64,000 bases of DNA from an uncultured candidatus Porisulfidus sp. (GTDB lineage: Bacteria; Pseudomonadota; Gammaproteobacteria; Poriferisulfidales; Poriferisulfidaceae). The notes beneath the pieces are model-generated. The model made no database searches, had not been told where the DNA came from, and saw only the letters and a list, made by a program, of their open reading frames with translations. The translations under genes were made by a program, and so were the position numbers. Every line of letters starts with the position of its first letter. Within the stretch, counting starts at the first letter, position 1. This document shows positions 19,943 to 31,564 of the stretch, in pieces. The stretch lies in the NCBI GenBank assembly GCA_965116025.1, contig OZ220480.1, positions 224,001 through 288,000 on the forward strand, in the 5' to 3' direction.

Positions 19943-20842
19943 CTACTTGATGCTCTCGAGCCAATGTCCTTCGGAGACAATCCTGATTGGAAATTCTTGG
20001 GTACGCAACGTCACAGCCTTCTCAATTTTTCGGCCATACGCGGACTGTATCCAAGTACCCTCAGCATAGGATCCGATCACCAAATAATCCGTTGCTCTTG
20101 TGGGGGATTTTTGGCAAATTCCCTGCCGTGTTTGGATTTCACGCTCGCACTGTATGCGGCTACCATAGAAAAACTTTCCAGTCAGGCAAAATTTGCGACC
20201 CGCGAATACGACTTCCGGGGGTGGGTCATCCAGCCATAGCGTTGTCGCATTCAGGCACTCCCCAACTTCCGTCTTCCCGCCGACCAAGCCGCTCAGCAGT
20301 TGTAGCAATTGCATAGTTCTATCGGTATCTCCCGCGTTCTGCCCCCAAAAAGAGTTCAGCTTCTCTCGGAACGCCTTGGCCACTGGATTGTTGAATGTCT
20401 CTTCATGATCTATCAGCCAAGTACGCAACGCCCGTGTCTCGCTTTCAGCAATTTTTCCATCCGCGATCAAGCCGCGGCATAGCCCCAGCAATTCGGGGAT
20501 GTAACCACCGTCCAATTCGTTGATTGCAATTCGACCGTGACCAAATGATTCCTCTCCACCCGAATAATCATCCAAAAGAATATGAACTAGTTGCGTCAGT
20601 TCCTCGCTTTCACTGGTATCCAGCGTCTCGTCCTTGAGCATTTGTCCGACGCGCGTCCGCAGAATTTCCACGAGAGAATTCCCTGTCTCTTGATCGATCA
20701 GCCAAGCATAAAGCGATTCCACTTCGCTTTGGACGATTTTTCCGTCCGCGATCAGGCCCTTGCATAGGCCTATTAGTTCTGAACTTTGGCGTCCATTCAA
20801 ACGACCACGATGGTACTTCAAGAAATTCGATTGATCAGACAT
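19943..20842 (-). CDS. BRCT-domain protein with a duplicated N-terminal helical repeat
   Basis: Two copies of EL.GLC.GLIADGKI..SE...L..WLID; C-terminal F.GRKFCLTGKF..YLVIG..YGRKIEKA..IVSE.HW; ATG at 20842. Confidence 0.8.
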   Translation of the reverse strand: MSDQSNFLKYHRGRLNGRQSSELIGLCKGLIADGKIVQSEVESLYAWLIDQETGNSLVEILRTRVGQMLKDETLDTSESEELTQLVHILLDDYSGGEESFGHGRIAINELDGGYIPELLGLCRGLIADGKIAESETRALRTWLIDHEETFNNPVAKAFREKLNSFWGQNAGDTDRTMQLLQLLSGLVGGKTEVGECLNATTLWLDDPPPEVVFAGRKFCLTGKFFYGSRIQCEREIQTRQGICQKSPTRATDYLVIGSYAEGTWIQSAYGRKIEKAVTLRTQEFPIRIVSEGHWLESIK

Positions 20843-20909
20843 TAGGAAGAGCGACGTTTTGGCCAGATATTCCGTGGAGAGTTTTTCGATTTGCTGATGC
20901 CCTACGATA

Positions 20910-22820
20910 CCATTTCTAATCCCATTGACGCTGCTGGCGGCGTCGCTGTCGGCGCTGTCGCTGTCGGCGCGGGCGGAGACGATCAACCTGTACGGGTGGC
21001 AGAACCACTCGTGGGAGTTCGTGGACATCGACGGCGGGCGCAGCTTCGACCGCATCCAGTCGAACGCCGGGAACATCGGCTTCTCGGCCAGCGTGGACAC
21101 CGGCATGAGCGACATAAAGGTGAACCTGCAGTGCGAGCAGTTCACCTACTACAACCACTTCGCCGGCGGCACCGGCTGGTGCAACCGCAACTCCAAGATC
21201 GGGCTGGCGCACCCGATGGCCGGCGAGATCATGTTCGCCACCTGGCTGCTGCCGTACAACGAGGGCGTGGCCCAGTGGGTGGACCCGTTCTACGACGCCG
21301 GGGCCGACTCGCACACCAGCATCATGGGCTCGGTCGGCGCGAACACCATCTTCTACAACACCGGCGACTTCGACCAGCAGGCGTCGGCGTCGGGGCCGGC
21401 GACCGGCTTCTCCGGGGCGGAGTTCAACTACGCCGGGGCCGGCTACGACACCGGCTTCAACCGGCGCCAGGAGAACATCATCCAGTACTGGTCGCCGAAC
21501 TGGAACGGCTTCGTGTTCCGCTTCGCCTGGACGGCCGGCAACCGCGACGAGACGATGGCGCCGACCGGCGGCGGGAAGATCGACCCGGTGATCCGCTCGA
21601 GCAGCCTGGCGTACACGAACGGCCCGCTGTGGCTGGCGGCGACCTGGCAGGACCACGAGGACTGGACGGCGGTCTCGGTCGGGGAGATGGAGAGCTCGGA
21701 CGCGGAGAGCTTCCGCCTGGCCGGGCGCTACATCATGGACCTGGGCGACGGCATGAGCGTTCAATTGTCGGCCATGTGGGAGACTTTGGAGTACGAGTTC
21801 CACGGCGTGACCACGGTCGAGAAGGCGATGGCGGCGTTCGGCTACGGGAACTTCGCGTCCTCCTACGCCGAGCCGATCTACGCCATGGACATGGCCACCA
21901 AGAAGGTGGACGAGACGGTCATGGACCCCACCCAGGCCGAGATCGACGCCCAGATGACCCGCGGGCTCGCCATCCAGCTGCTCACGGATGACCGAGGACG
22001 GGAGAAAGAGGACGATGATGGCAACAGCTTTTTGGCTACCGCTCTAGGCCAGGAAATAGTGACGACGGCCGCTCCCAACAAGCCCGCCGAGTGGACGTTC
22101 AAAGAAATAGATGCCAGTGCTGACCTGCCAACGACTACGGTCATAGGAGAGTACCGGCAGTATCTTAGTACCGCCCTCAAGAAAATCGCCGGTCCGGGCG
22201 GACATCAAACCTCGGGGCTCATCTACAGCGTGAATCCCGTGAAGCATCGCCAGTCGCAGCCGTTCTGGACCACCCGGCTGACCTCCACGGAGCTCACGGT
22301 CCTGAAGCTGGGCTACGCGACGACCATGATCGCCTCATCCGGGGAGAATCAGAAAGTGTTTGGCGACCCTGCGCTGTACACGGCGATCATGAACGCGGCG
22401 AAGGAAAATGCCAAAACGAAAAAGCAGATGGACAAGGAGGCGGAGATGAAGAAGGTGGAGGACGCCCGGATGGCCAAGAGCATGGGCTCGAACGTGAAGA
22501 TCGAGCGGGACGCCTGGATGGTGTCGGGCAAGATCAAGTTCGGCGGCCCGCTGGACTTCCGCTTCTCCTACATGGACGCCGACGACCTGGAGCTGTCATG
22601 CAACTACTGCATGGGAGACTGGGACGAGACGGCGGCGGACGCCTGGAACGTCGGGGTGTTCTACACGATGCCGGCGGGGACCGAGCTGCGGCTGACGTAT
22701 TCGGAGGTCAACAACGACGACAACGGGACCTACGGGCAGGGCATCTCGGGGACCGGGCTGGGGACGGCTGGCGCGGAGATCGAGATGTTCGCGCTGGGGA
22801 TCGTGCACTGGTTCGACTGA
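20910..22820 (+). pseudogene. Porin copy 3: intact body, no start (silent cassette)
   Basis: Begins PFLIPLTLL; in-frame TGA at 20895-20897; no RBS or in-frame ATG. Confidence 0.8.
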
Positions 22821-22844
22821 CCCGTTGGGTCACTCACGGCAATG

Positions 22845-22873
22845 AGCGGGCGCCTTCGGGCGCCCGCTTTCTT
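22845..22873 (+). terminator. Intrinsic terminator of porin copy 3
   Basis: AGCGGGCGCC-TTCG-GGCGCCCGCT followed by TTCTT. Confidence 0.9.
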
Positions 22874-23364
22874 ATGGGCTCAGGAATTCCTGACAGGTCC
22901 GCCACCAGGCGGGACCAAGACGATGGCCAGCCTCGAGACCGAGACGGACCCGCTTCGGGCGGTCGCGCAGGCGCTTGGAGTGATGCCACGAAAGCCGTGC
23001 GGGACGCTCCGGCTTCAGGCTTTCATCAAGGATCGGAAACTCGATAGTTCCAGGGATCGATAGGCTGACCCCTGTTCGTCGCCGCGCGGGAAGTCTGCTT
23101 GATCAAGGACGACGGACCTCTCACTCCCTTTCCTCCTCGAGACGCGCGCCGATCCACGCCCTCCGATTTCTCACCGCGTCTCTTAGATCCAAGCGATATC
23201 AAGAATTCTCGGTCCACCGCACCACCTTGTGGTGGATCGGGTCATCCCGATCCGGTCTGCCGCGAGCGAATGGCCTTCCGAGCGTGTGGCGGGCGCGTCG
23301 AAGCCAGGCCTCGCGTCCGCCGGCGCTGGCCCGACTCCCGATCTGGCCGCGAAACGCCGGACCC

Positions 23365-23394
23365 AAAGAAAGCGGGCGCCCGAAGGCGCCCGCT
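23365..23394 (-). terminator. Intrinsic terminator of porin copy 4
   Basis: Same hairpin plus T tract, on the minus strand. Confidence 0.9.
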
Positions 23395-23418
23395 CGCTAT
23401 CGTGGATGACCCAACGGG

Positions 23419-25350
23419 TCAGTCGAACCAATGCACGATCCCCAGCGCGAACATCTCGATCTCCGCCCCCGGCGTCCCCAGCCCGGTTCCCGAGATGCCC
23501 TGCCCGTAGGTCCCGTTGTCGTCGTTGTTGACTTCCGAATACGTCAGCCGCAGCTCGGTCCCCGCCGGCATCGTGTAGAACACCCCCACGTTCCAGGCGT
23601 CCGCCGCCGTCTCGTCCCAGTCTCCCATGCAGTAGTTGCATGACAGCTCCAGGTCGTCGGCGTCCATGTAGGAGAAGCGGAAGTCCAGCGGGCCGCCGAA
23701 CTTGATCTTGCCTGACACCATCCAGGCGTCCCGCTCGATCTTGACATTGGAGCCCATGCTCTTGGCCATCCGGGCCGCCTCCACATCCTTCACCTTCTTG
23801 TCATGAGCCGTTTTCGCGGCCGTCTCCTTCATCTCCTTGGCATTGGTCTTCGCCTGCGTCATGATCGCCGTGTACAGTTGTTGGAAACCCCACACCGGAT
23901 CGCTTGTCGAAGGACTGGTGTCTGGGCCTGGCCGCGCGAGGGCCGTGAGCTCCGTGGAGGTCAGCCGGGTGGTCCAGAACGGCTGCTTCTGGCGAAGCTC
24001 CACGTAATCCCCGCCAGCGTTATATGCAACTCTGTTGTCAAAAAGAAATTTGTTGTACTCTCCGTACACCGTGGTCGTCGGAAGGTTGCTGTTATTGGTA
24101 CTGGTGAATCTCCACGCGGTGGGATCGCCCGGCTTGTCGTTCGTGTTTATGGTATGGGCTATGGCGTTAATTACTCCCTGTTGATCGGTAGCTACAGGAT
24201 TGCTTGCGCTTGCCCTATACAGTTTAAACAATCCCCGGTCATCCGTGATCAACTCGATGGCGAGCCCACGGGTCTTCTGCGCGTCGATCTCGGCCTGGGT
24301 GGGGGCCGCCACCTCCCCCATCGGGTCCACCTTCTTGGTGGTCTCGTCCATGGCGTAGATCGGCTCGGCGTAGGAGGACGCGAAGTTCCCGTAGCCGAAC
24401 GCCGCCATCGCCTTCTCGACCGTGGTCACGCCGTGGAACTCGTACTCCAAAGTCTCCCACATGGCCGACAATTGAACGCTCATGCCGTCGCCCAGGTCCA
24501 TGATGTAGCGCCCGGCCAGACGGAAGCTCTCCGCGTCCGAGCTCTCCATCTCCCCGACCGAGACCGCCGTCCAGTCCTCGTGGTCCTGCCAGGTCGCCGC
24601 CAGCCACAGCGGGCCGTTCGTGTACGCCAGGCTGCTCGAGCGGATCACCGGGTCGATCTTGGGGCCGGCCGCGTAATTACCTTTGGCGTCCTTGAGCGCG
24701 TGGGTCTCGTCGCGATTGCCGGCCGTCCAGGCGAAGCGGAACACGAAGCCGTTCCAGTTCGGCGACCAGTACTGGATGATGTTCTCCTGGCGCCGGTTGA
24801 AGCCGGTGTCGTAGCCGCCCCCGGCGTAGTTGAACTCGTTGCCGGAGAAGCCAGTGCCAGGATTGGACGCCGACGCCTGCTGGTCGAAGTCGCCGGTGTT
24901 GTAGAAGATGGTGTTGGCCCCGACCGAGCCCATGATGCTGGTGTGCGAGTCGGCCCCGGCGTCGTAGAACGGGTCCACCCATTGGGCCACGCCCTCGTTG
25001 TACGGCAGCAGCCAGGTGGCGAACATGATCTCGCCGGCCATCGGATGCGCCAGCCCGATCTTGGAGTTGCGGTTGCACCAGCCGGTGCCGCCGGCGAAGT
25101 GGTTGTAGTAGGTGAACTGCTCGCACTGCAGGTTCACCTTTATGTCGCTCATGCCGGTGTCCACGCTGGCCGAGAAGCCGATGTTCCCGGCGTTCGACTG
25201 AATGCGGTCGAAGCTGCGCCCGCCGTCGATGTCCACGAACTCCCACGAGTGGTTCTGCCACCCGTACAGGTTGATCGTCTCCGCCCGCGCCGACAGCGAC
25301 AGCGCCGACAGCGACGCCGCCAGCAGCGTCAATGGGATTAGAAATGGTTT
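23419..25350 (-). pseudogene. Porin copy 4: intact body, ATG missing (silent cassette)
   Basis: Reads KPFLIPLTLL preceded by GGGATTCAA instead of ATG; in-frame TAG at 25378-25380. Confidence 0.8.
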
Positions 25351-25427
25351 TTGAATCCCAGTTGTGGCAAAATTAGTCTAGAGTTTCCCGTTAGACGGGT
25401 TTCCGAATAAACTGACTGGTCAAAATC

Positions 25428-25700
25428 ATGCCTAAATACATTATTGAACGCGAAATTCCCGGTGCAGGGAACTTGTCAGCCGAAGACCTGCATGACATTT
25501 CCCAAAAATCCTGCAGCATCTTAAATTCTATGGGACCACAGATCCAATGGGTCGAGAGTTATGTGACGGACGATAAGGTCTACTGCACTTATATCGCTCC
25601 CAATGAGGACGCGGTCCGTGAACATGCCAAAAAAGGTGGATTTCCAGCCAATCGTATCTCTGAAGTGCGGGCGGTGATCAATCCCACGACCGGAGAATAA
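25428..25700 (+). CDS. DUF4242-family small protein
   Basis: MPKYIIEREIPGAG..IQWVESYV..DKVYC.Y.AP....VREHA..GGFPANRISEV. Confidence 0.8.
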   Translation: MPKYIIEREIPGAGNLSAEDLHDISQKSCSILNSMGPQIQWVESYVTDDKVYCTYIAPNEDAVREHAKKGGFPANRISEVRAVINPTTGE

Positions 25701-25703
25701 GCG

Positions 25704-26033
25704 ATGCCCGAAATGAGCGCGTTGGGTCGGATCCGGGAACAGGTTACCGGAAATCCTGTTATCCTGTATATGAAAGGTACGCCCCAGATGCCGCAATGCG
25801 GTTTCTCCAGTCGCGTCGCGCAGGCCCTGATGGAGTGTGGCGAGGAGTTCGCTTACGTAAACGTCCTGATGGATCAAGAAGTTTTTCAGGATCTGCCGAA
25901 ATTCGCCGATTGGCCGACTTTTCCCCAGTTGTATATCGGTGGCGAACTGATTGGCGGTTGCGATATCGCCATGGAATTGCACCAGAAAGGAGATCTTCAG
26001 GAAATGGTGCGGAAGGCGCGCGCGAGTGCTTAA
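25704..26033 (+). CDS. grxD: Monothiol glutaredoxin Grx4
   Basis: YMKGTP..PQCGFS, WPTFPQLY, GGCDI motifs. Confidence 0.96.
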   Translation: MPEMSALGRIREQVTGNPVILYMKGTPQMPQCGFSSRVAQALMECGEEFAYVNVLMDQEVFQDLPKFADWPTFPQLYIGGELIGGCDIAMELHQKGDLQEMVRKARASA

Positions 26034-26699
26034 TCAGCTCGAAGGTTCTCTCTGATCCTGCGCGGGATGTCCCGCGCGGGCCGCGTTCTGGTATTGGTCT
26101 CGCCAATAGTTGACGATCATGCAGAACACTCGCGCCGTCATGGCGGCGTCATAGTTGGCGCTGTGCGCCTGGCTCTCGTCCCAGCCAAGTCCCGCTCGTT
26201 CCGCGATCCTCGATAGCACCGTTTGTCCAAACGCTACCGCCCCCAAGCTGACCGTATCCAGTGTACTGAACGGGTGAAACGGATTTCTCTTGATTCGGCA
26301 ACGCTCACAAGCGGCATTGATAACCGCTAGATCGAACGCCGCGTTGTGCCCAAGCAAAACCGCTCGCTGACAGTGATGCTCTCGAACCGCTTTCCGGATC
26401 GCCTTGAAAATGGTTTCCAGAGCCTTTTTCTCAGATATCGCCTCGCGTTCAGGATCATGCGGATCAATGCCAATCAACTGCAGTGAGGCCGGATCGGTCC
26501 GAGCTCCTTCGAACGGATGGACCGCGAGGGAAATGGGACTCTCGGGGAACAGATAACCGTCGGCGTCCATGCGCAACAATACCGCCGAGACTTCCAACAA
26601 CGCGTCGGTTTCTGGAACCAGCCCACCGGTTTCCACGTCCACCGCGACCGGCAGGAAACCGCGAAATCGGTTTTCTAGACTAATCCCTGTCATTTCCAT
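26034..26699 (-). CDS. rnt: Ribonuclease T
   Basis: RFRGFLPV..DVETGG, GHNAAFD, RNPFHPFS, AFGQTVL, AHSA.YD motifs. Confidence 0.95.
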   Translation of the reverse strand: MEMTGISLENRFRGFLPVAVDVETGGLVPETDALLEVSAVLLRMDADGYLFPESPISLAVHPFEGARTDPASLQLIGIDPHDPEREAISEKKALETIFKAIRKAVREHHCQRAVLLGHNAAFDLAVINAACERCRIKRNPFHPFSTLDTVSLGAVAFGQTVLSRIAERAGLGWDESQAHSANYDAAMTARVFCMIVNYWRDQYQNAARAGHPAQDQREPSS

Positions 26700-26770
26700 T
26701 CCCCTGCACTCAGGTCTCCCCCTTATAATATCAACCCGCTTTCACCGGCGCTTCGCCAAGTCTCTCCATC

Positions 26771-27982
26771 ATGTCGAAATACCGCAAGGTCGTGTTAGCG
26801 TATTCGGGAGGTTTAGACACATCGATCATCCTGAAATGGTTGCAGGAACGCTACGAATGCGAAGTCGTAACGTACACTGCCGATTTGGGCCAGCAAGAGA
26901 ATCTCGAACCAGCCCGGCAACGGGCGCGAGCGTTGGGCATCCAAAATATAAGGATTGAGGACCTGCGCGAGACGTTCGCGCGGGACTATATTTTTCCGAT
27001 GTTGCGGGCCAACCCTTTGTATGAGGGACAGTATCTTCTTGGCACCGCGATCGCCCGGCCGCTCATCGCGGCGGGAATGGCGCGGGCCGCGCGCGAGACA
27101 GGAGCCGACGCGGTCGCGCATGGCGCGACCGGGAAAGGAAACGATCAGGTGCGTTTCGAACTGGCTATCCGCGCGCTGAATCCGAACTTGGGCATTATCG
27201 CTCCATGGCGAGAATGGGATCTGAGGTCCCGGGCCGACTTGCTCGCGTACGCGGGACGAAATGGCATTGAGGTCGAACGAAATCCAGATGGTGGGAGCCC
27301 CTACTCAATGGATGCCAATCTGTTGCACATCTCTTACGAGGGAGGGGTTCTGGAAGATCCGAATGCCGCCCCACCCGTCGATATGTGGCGTTGGACCACG
27401 GACCCTCGGGAAGCTCCGGACGAGCCCCAGATATTGCGTATCTCGTTCGAGGAGGGAGACCCCGTCGCCGTGGATGGGGAAGAATTGGAGCCAGCCGCGT
27501 TGATGAAGGCGGTTAACGCGGTTGCCGCGCGCCATGGCATCGGCCGGGTCGACATGGTTGAGAACAGATATCTGGGCCTCAAGTCACGTGGGTGCTACGA
27601 GACTCCCGGCGGTACTGTGCTGATGGCCGCGCGCCGGGCAGTGGAATCGCTGACTCTGGATCGCGAGGTCGCGCACCTCAAGGAATCGCTAATGTCACGG
27701 TACGCGACGATGGTCTACAACGGCTACTGGTTCAGTCCAGAGCGCGAAGCCATGCAACGGATGATCGATTATTCCCGACAAGATGTTCGCGGAGAGGCCA
27801 GAATGCGCCTGTACAAAGGCTCGGTCACTGTGGAAGGCAGGCAGTCCCCCAACAGCCGGTATGACCCAACCCAGGCGACTTTTGAGGACGACCAAGGCCG
27901 GTTCGATCACACTGACGCCACGGGATTTATCCGGCTGTCCGGCCTGAGACTGGAATCCTGCCGACCTGTGGATGGTATATAG
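26771..27982 (+). CDS. argG: Argininosuccinate synthase
   Basis: [34 protein letters not shown] motifs. Confidence 0.98.
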   Translation: MSKYRKVVLAYSGGLDTSIILKWLQERYECEVVTYTADLGQQENLEPARQRARALGIQNIRIEDLRETFARDYIFPMLRANPLYEGQYLLGTAIARPLIAAGMARAARETGADAVAHGATGKGNDQVRFELAIRALNPNLGIIAPWREWDLRSRADLLAYAGRNGIEVERNPDGGSPYSMDANLLHISYEGGVLEDPNAAPPVDMWRWTTDPREAPDEPQILRISFEEGDPVAVDGEELEPAALMKAVNAVAARHGIGRVDMVENRYLGLKSRGCYETPGGTVLMAARRAVESLTLDREVAHLKESLMSRYATMVYNGYWFSPEREAMQRMIDYSRQDVRGEARMRLYKGSVTVEGRQSPNSRYDPTQATFEDDQGRFDHTDATGFIRLSGLRLESCRPVDGI

Positions 27983-28736
27983 TAGCCTAGCAACGTTCAT
28001 GCCCCGGAAATCCATGCATCGTCAACTCCGTTCTTCCGCCCTGTCATTGGCTTGCCTGTTGACGCTCTCTGTTCCCGCGCTAGCTGACGATCTCGCCCCC
28101 AACGATCCGCGTGATCCTTGGGAAGGATACAATCGCGCGATATACGGCTTCAACAAGGGAGTCGACTCGATGCTCTTGAAACCGGCCGCGCAAGCCTACG
28201 ACGCGCTGACCCCGGAAGCGGTCGACCAAGGCATCACCAATTTTTTCTCCAACCTCGGAGAGATCCGAAATTCGCTCAATAATTTCCTGCAGGGCAAGCC
28301 GGACAAGGGAGCCACTTCTCTCGCGCGGTTGCTGATCAACACTACGGTCGGATTGCTTGGGTTCATTGATGTCGCTACCGAGGTTGGAATTCACAAATCC
28401 AAAGAGGACTTCGGTCAGACTCTTGGTGCTGGAGGGATCGAGCCTGGTCCTTATTTCGTGTTGCCATTTCTTGGCCCAAGCACGGTGCGCGACGCCATCG
28501 CCACACCTGTCGATATCGCCACCAATCCCTTCACTTGGGCGGATGACAGCGAAGTCAGAGCCGTCGCCTTTGGGGTTCAAGTCGTGGATTATCGGGCTGA
28601 CCTTCTGGATACGGAGGAGGCCGTTGAAGGCATTACCGAGGATGAGTACGCGCTGGTGCGCAACGCCTATTTGGATCAGCGCCGGTTCGACGTAAGCGAT
28701 GGCGCGGTCGCCGACGACTACGAGATAGAAGACTGA
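27972..28736 (+). CDS. mlaA: VacJ/MlaA-family outer membrane lipid asymmetry protein (start uncertain)
   Basis: [52 protein letters not shown]. Confidence 0.92.
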   Translation: MVYSSLATFMPRKSMHRQLRSSALSLACLLTLSVPALADDLAPNDPRDPWEGYNRAIYGFNKGVDSMLLKPAAQAYDALTPEAVDQGITNFFSNLGEIRNSLNNFLQGKPDKGATSLARLLINTTVGLLGFIDVATEVGIHKSKEDFGQTLGAGGIEPGPYFVLPFLGPSTVRDAIATPVDIATNPFTWADDSEVRAVAFGVQVVDYRADLLDTEEAVEGITEDEYALVRNAYLDQRRFDVSDGAVADDYEIED

Positions 28737-28794
28737 CGAGCGGCCCACCGACTAGGCGGATCGCTCGCCCACAGGTGCTTTCCTCGGCTTGGCT

Positions 28795-28983
28795 CTAACC
28801 GCAAAACAGCTTTTTCAGCCAAGCGCAGAACCCACTGTTCTGGCTTTGTTGCCCCTCGCTTTGGCTTTGGGAATCGCTACACGAACCACTGTCGCTGGCC
28901 GCGGTGGAAGAACCGCCTGAACCGCTTCGGCTGATCATTTGTTCGTGATGGCGTTTCAACACGGAATCTGTTGGTGCGCTCAT
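28795..28983 (-). CDS. Small hypothetical protein (PTDSVLKRH motif, Ser-rich linker, amphipathic C-terminus)
   Basis: 62-aa ATG ORF filling the gap; ends GFCAWLKKLFCG. Confidence 0.5.
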   Translation of the reverse strand: MSAPTDSVLKRHHEQMISRSGSGGSSTAASDSGSCSDSQSQSEGQQSQNSGFCAWLKKLFCG

Positions 28984-29025
28984 TATCAGTTGGCCCTCGT
29001 GCCATTATCACTCTGACATTGTACA

Positions 29026-30468
29026 TAGTCGTTGCTGAAGTATCCGCCTCCGGTCATGCGGGACGGAGAGAAAATCGCCTCGAAAAGCTGAGGATCCGGC
29101 CTCGGAGGAGAAATTCCCGGAATTTTCTCCAGGCGCGGGAAAACCCGGCCAGAAGCTTGGCGAAGTCGTGCCCGGCCGCCGCCAGAACCGCGTTGGCGCG
29201 GTCGCCGGAGCGGCCTTTCAGCCGATTCCGATGCAGCCGGTGATCCGATTTCAGATGGCCGATGGTCGGCTCGATCACCGCCCGCCGCTTCATCCACTTC
29301 CGCGCCATTCGCGTCGCCGTCTTCGGGATCTTCCCCACCACATGCGCCCGCGTCTCTCCCGACACCCCGTGCCCCCGATACCCCTGGTCGCAGTAGACCC
29401 GCTTCGGCCGCTGGCCCGCCAGCCGCTCGATCCGCTCCAGCGCGGCGGCCAGCGTGCGCCCGTCATACGGGTTCCCCGCCAGGCTCATCGCCGACACCAG
29501 CCAGTTCCCCTTCGAGGTCGTCGCGAACGAGACCTTGCACCCGAACTCGTAACGCCGATGCGGCCTGCCCTTGGCGACGCGCTCCACCTCCGGCGCATGC
29601 ACGCTGTACAGCTTGCCCTTGTCCTCGCGCTTCTGTTTCAGCAGGTGCTCGGATCGCTCCAGTAGCGTCTCCAGCGCCGCGTCCGGGCTCGGAACCTTCC
29701 GCCGAATGTCCCGCGCCACCCGCCCGAGCATCGTCTTCAAGGTGCGCTTCTGGCGCACGTACCCGTAACGCCCGCACAGGATCAGCGCCTTCTTCCCGAC
29801 CCGCTGGTAGCTCTGCCGCAGAGCCACGCCGCGCTTCCACGCCTCCCGAACCAGCGCCGCCCGCGCCTTGTGATACAGCCGCGCGTCGGTCGGGAACGCC
29901 ACCGCCTTCTCCTGCACCGTCGTGTCCACGTTCACCCGCTCCAGCTCGCGCGCCCATGAACCCTTCCCGCCGCGCCACCCGGATCGTCCGCGTCAGCAAG
30001 CAGTCCAGACGCTCCCCCACCCGCTCTCGCCAGCACGTCATGCCGCTCGAGTGCAGAGGCGCCTTCATCTGCATGCGCTCATAACCGCAGAACGCCTGCC
30101 AGTACGGGTTCTGCCGCCAGATCCAGACCACCCGCTCGTCGCTCATGCGCGCGCTTCAGAAAGTGGAGACCCGCCATCAGCCGGGTCGGCAACGGCAGCT
30201 GTCCCGGTCCGGGCGTGTGCAGGCCGCCGAGCTCCTCCTCCATCTCCTCCCAGTCGATCTTCTCGCCCAGAAGCGGCAAGGGCTCCTTCGGGTCCAGCAT
30301 CTGGGACAGGCGGGCGCGGAACAGGTCGGCGTGATTATCGGGCTTTTTCGGTTTCATGTTTCGCAAGGAATCGGCGCTCGAGCGCGGGAAAACTTGCGAT
30401 GCGGCATACCCGAAAACGGATTCTATGTCAAGTGAATCAGGCAGTTAGGAATATTTCAGCAACGACTA
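29026..30468 (-). mobile_element. IS5-family element with a frameshifted transposase (about 29054-30357)
   Basis: Perfect 14-bp terminal IRs TAGTCGTTGCTGAA (29026-29039) and TTCAGCAACGACTA (30455-30468). Transposase is split over three frames (LPTRLMAGL / SDE..W..NPYWQAFCG / VDTTVQEK..FPTD, YEFGCK, D.GYRG, RR..IEP.IGHLK). Confidence 0.92.
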
Positions 30469-30661
30469 AAATATCTGAAATAAATTAAACTTTATTCGGT
30501 GCAAGTAAGCCTGCCGGGAAGGTAGCGCGGTCGCAAAAAAGTTTTTAGCTTCGCCTGTTTTGGTGTCGTGTTATGATTATCAAACTTGACCAGATGGATT
30601 ACTGACATCCTTGTGACCTTCCTTAAAAAACGTTTGATTTTTATTCGGGAAGAAAATTTTT

Positions 30662-31243
30662 ATGACTCAAGCCCACGCTCAAGAGGCTTCCCAGCGGCCG
30701 CCCGCGTTTGATACGATAAAGGGGCAGAAGAAGCTGACGAACGGGGGCTTCTCGGAGAATCAGGCCATGACCATCGTCGAGACCATCCAAGACTCCCAAG
30801 CGGAGCTCGTCACGAGAGACGATTTGCTCTCGACGCGGAAAGATCTGAAAGCCGAGATCGTGAAATTGGGACTTGAGCTTCGCAACGAGTTCCGTAACGC
30901 GATTAACACCTTGCGCGACGAGTTCCGAGGCGAGTTGCATAGAGAGATTGACGGCCTGCGCCAGGAGATGCATAGAGAGATTGGCGACCTGCGCCAGGAG
31001 ATGCATAGAGAGATTGGCGGCCTGCGCAAGGAGATGCATAGCGAGATTGGCGGCCTGCGCAAAGAAATGCGAGATCAATTTTCCGCCATGCATGATCAAT
31101 TTTCGGCCATGCAGGGTCAGTTTTCCGCTATGCAGGATCGTCTTTCCACTATGCTGTGGCGCATCCTGATTGGTTTCGGGGTGATCGTTGGTATTTTCGG
31201 AACCATTGTCGGGATCATCTTCACGCTGATTGGCGGAAAGTAG
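30662..31243 (+). CDS. DUF1640/CCDC90-like coiled-coil protein with C-terminal membrane anchor
   Basis: AFDT..KKL..GGF...QA..IVE, LVTRDDL, repetitive coil, hydrophobic tail. Confidence 0.8.
   Translation: MTQAHAQEASQRPPAFDTIKGQKKLTNGGFSENQAMTIVETIQDSQAELVTRDDLLSTRKDLKAEIVKLGLELRNEFRNAINTLRDEFRGELHREIDGLRQEMHREIGDLRQEMHREIGGLRKEMHSEIGGLRKEMRDQFSAMHDQFSAMQGQFSAMQDRLSTMLWRILIGFGVIVGIFGTIVGIIFTLIGGK
30932..31153 (+). repeat. In-frame tandem repeats: 4 x 33 bp (EMHREIGGLRQ), then about 4 x 21 bp (DQFSAMQ)
   Basis: GAGATGCATAGAGAGATTGGCGGCCTGCGC(C/A)AG units, then GATCAATTTTCCGCCATGCAN units. Confidence 0.9.
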
Positions 31244-31564
31244 TGCTTCGAGCCAGACGGCTTTACCAGATCGTCAACGTCGCGAGCTGGAGTGCCCACC
31301 GGACAGTGCGGGGATTCCTGAACAAATGACTAGAGCAAGTGAAGACGCGCGATCACCATGATCGTGCTTAATCTGGCGAGGCAGCGGACTTAAAAACAAG
31401 ATGAGCGACAATCCATCGATCTCCGTATGGTCGCTATTGTCAAAGCCGAGTTGATCTCTGGTGAAAACCACGGTCTTGCCCGCAAAACGGTCGGATCCGT
31501 CCTTAATTTCTCGAAGGTTCTGGATACGAACAAGGAAGAGACCAAAGTACCCCGGACATCCTGA

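Larger units (their letters stand above)
22821..23418. repeat. Inter-porin spacer, copy B
   Basis: Homologous to 15283-15875 and to the reverse complement of 37227-37829. Confidence 0.9.

Noticed and set aside
20843-21145. N-terminal 100 aa of the 400-aa ORF 19943-21145
   Set aside because: It is antisense to porin copy 3 and recurs at other copies; the real BRCT gene probably starts at 20842.
30932-31153. CRISPR-like array
   Set aside because: The repeats are contiguous and in-frame with no unique spacers, and no cas genes are present.
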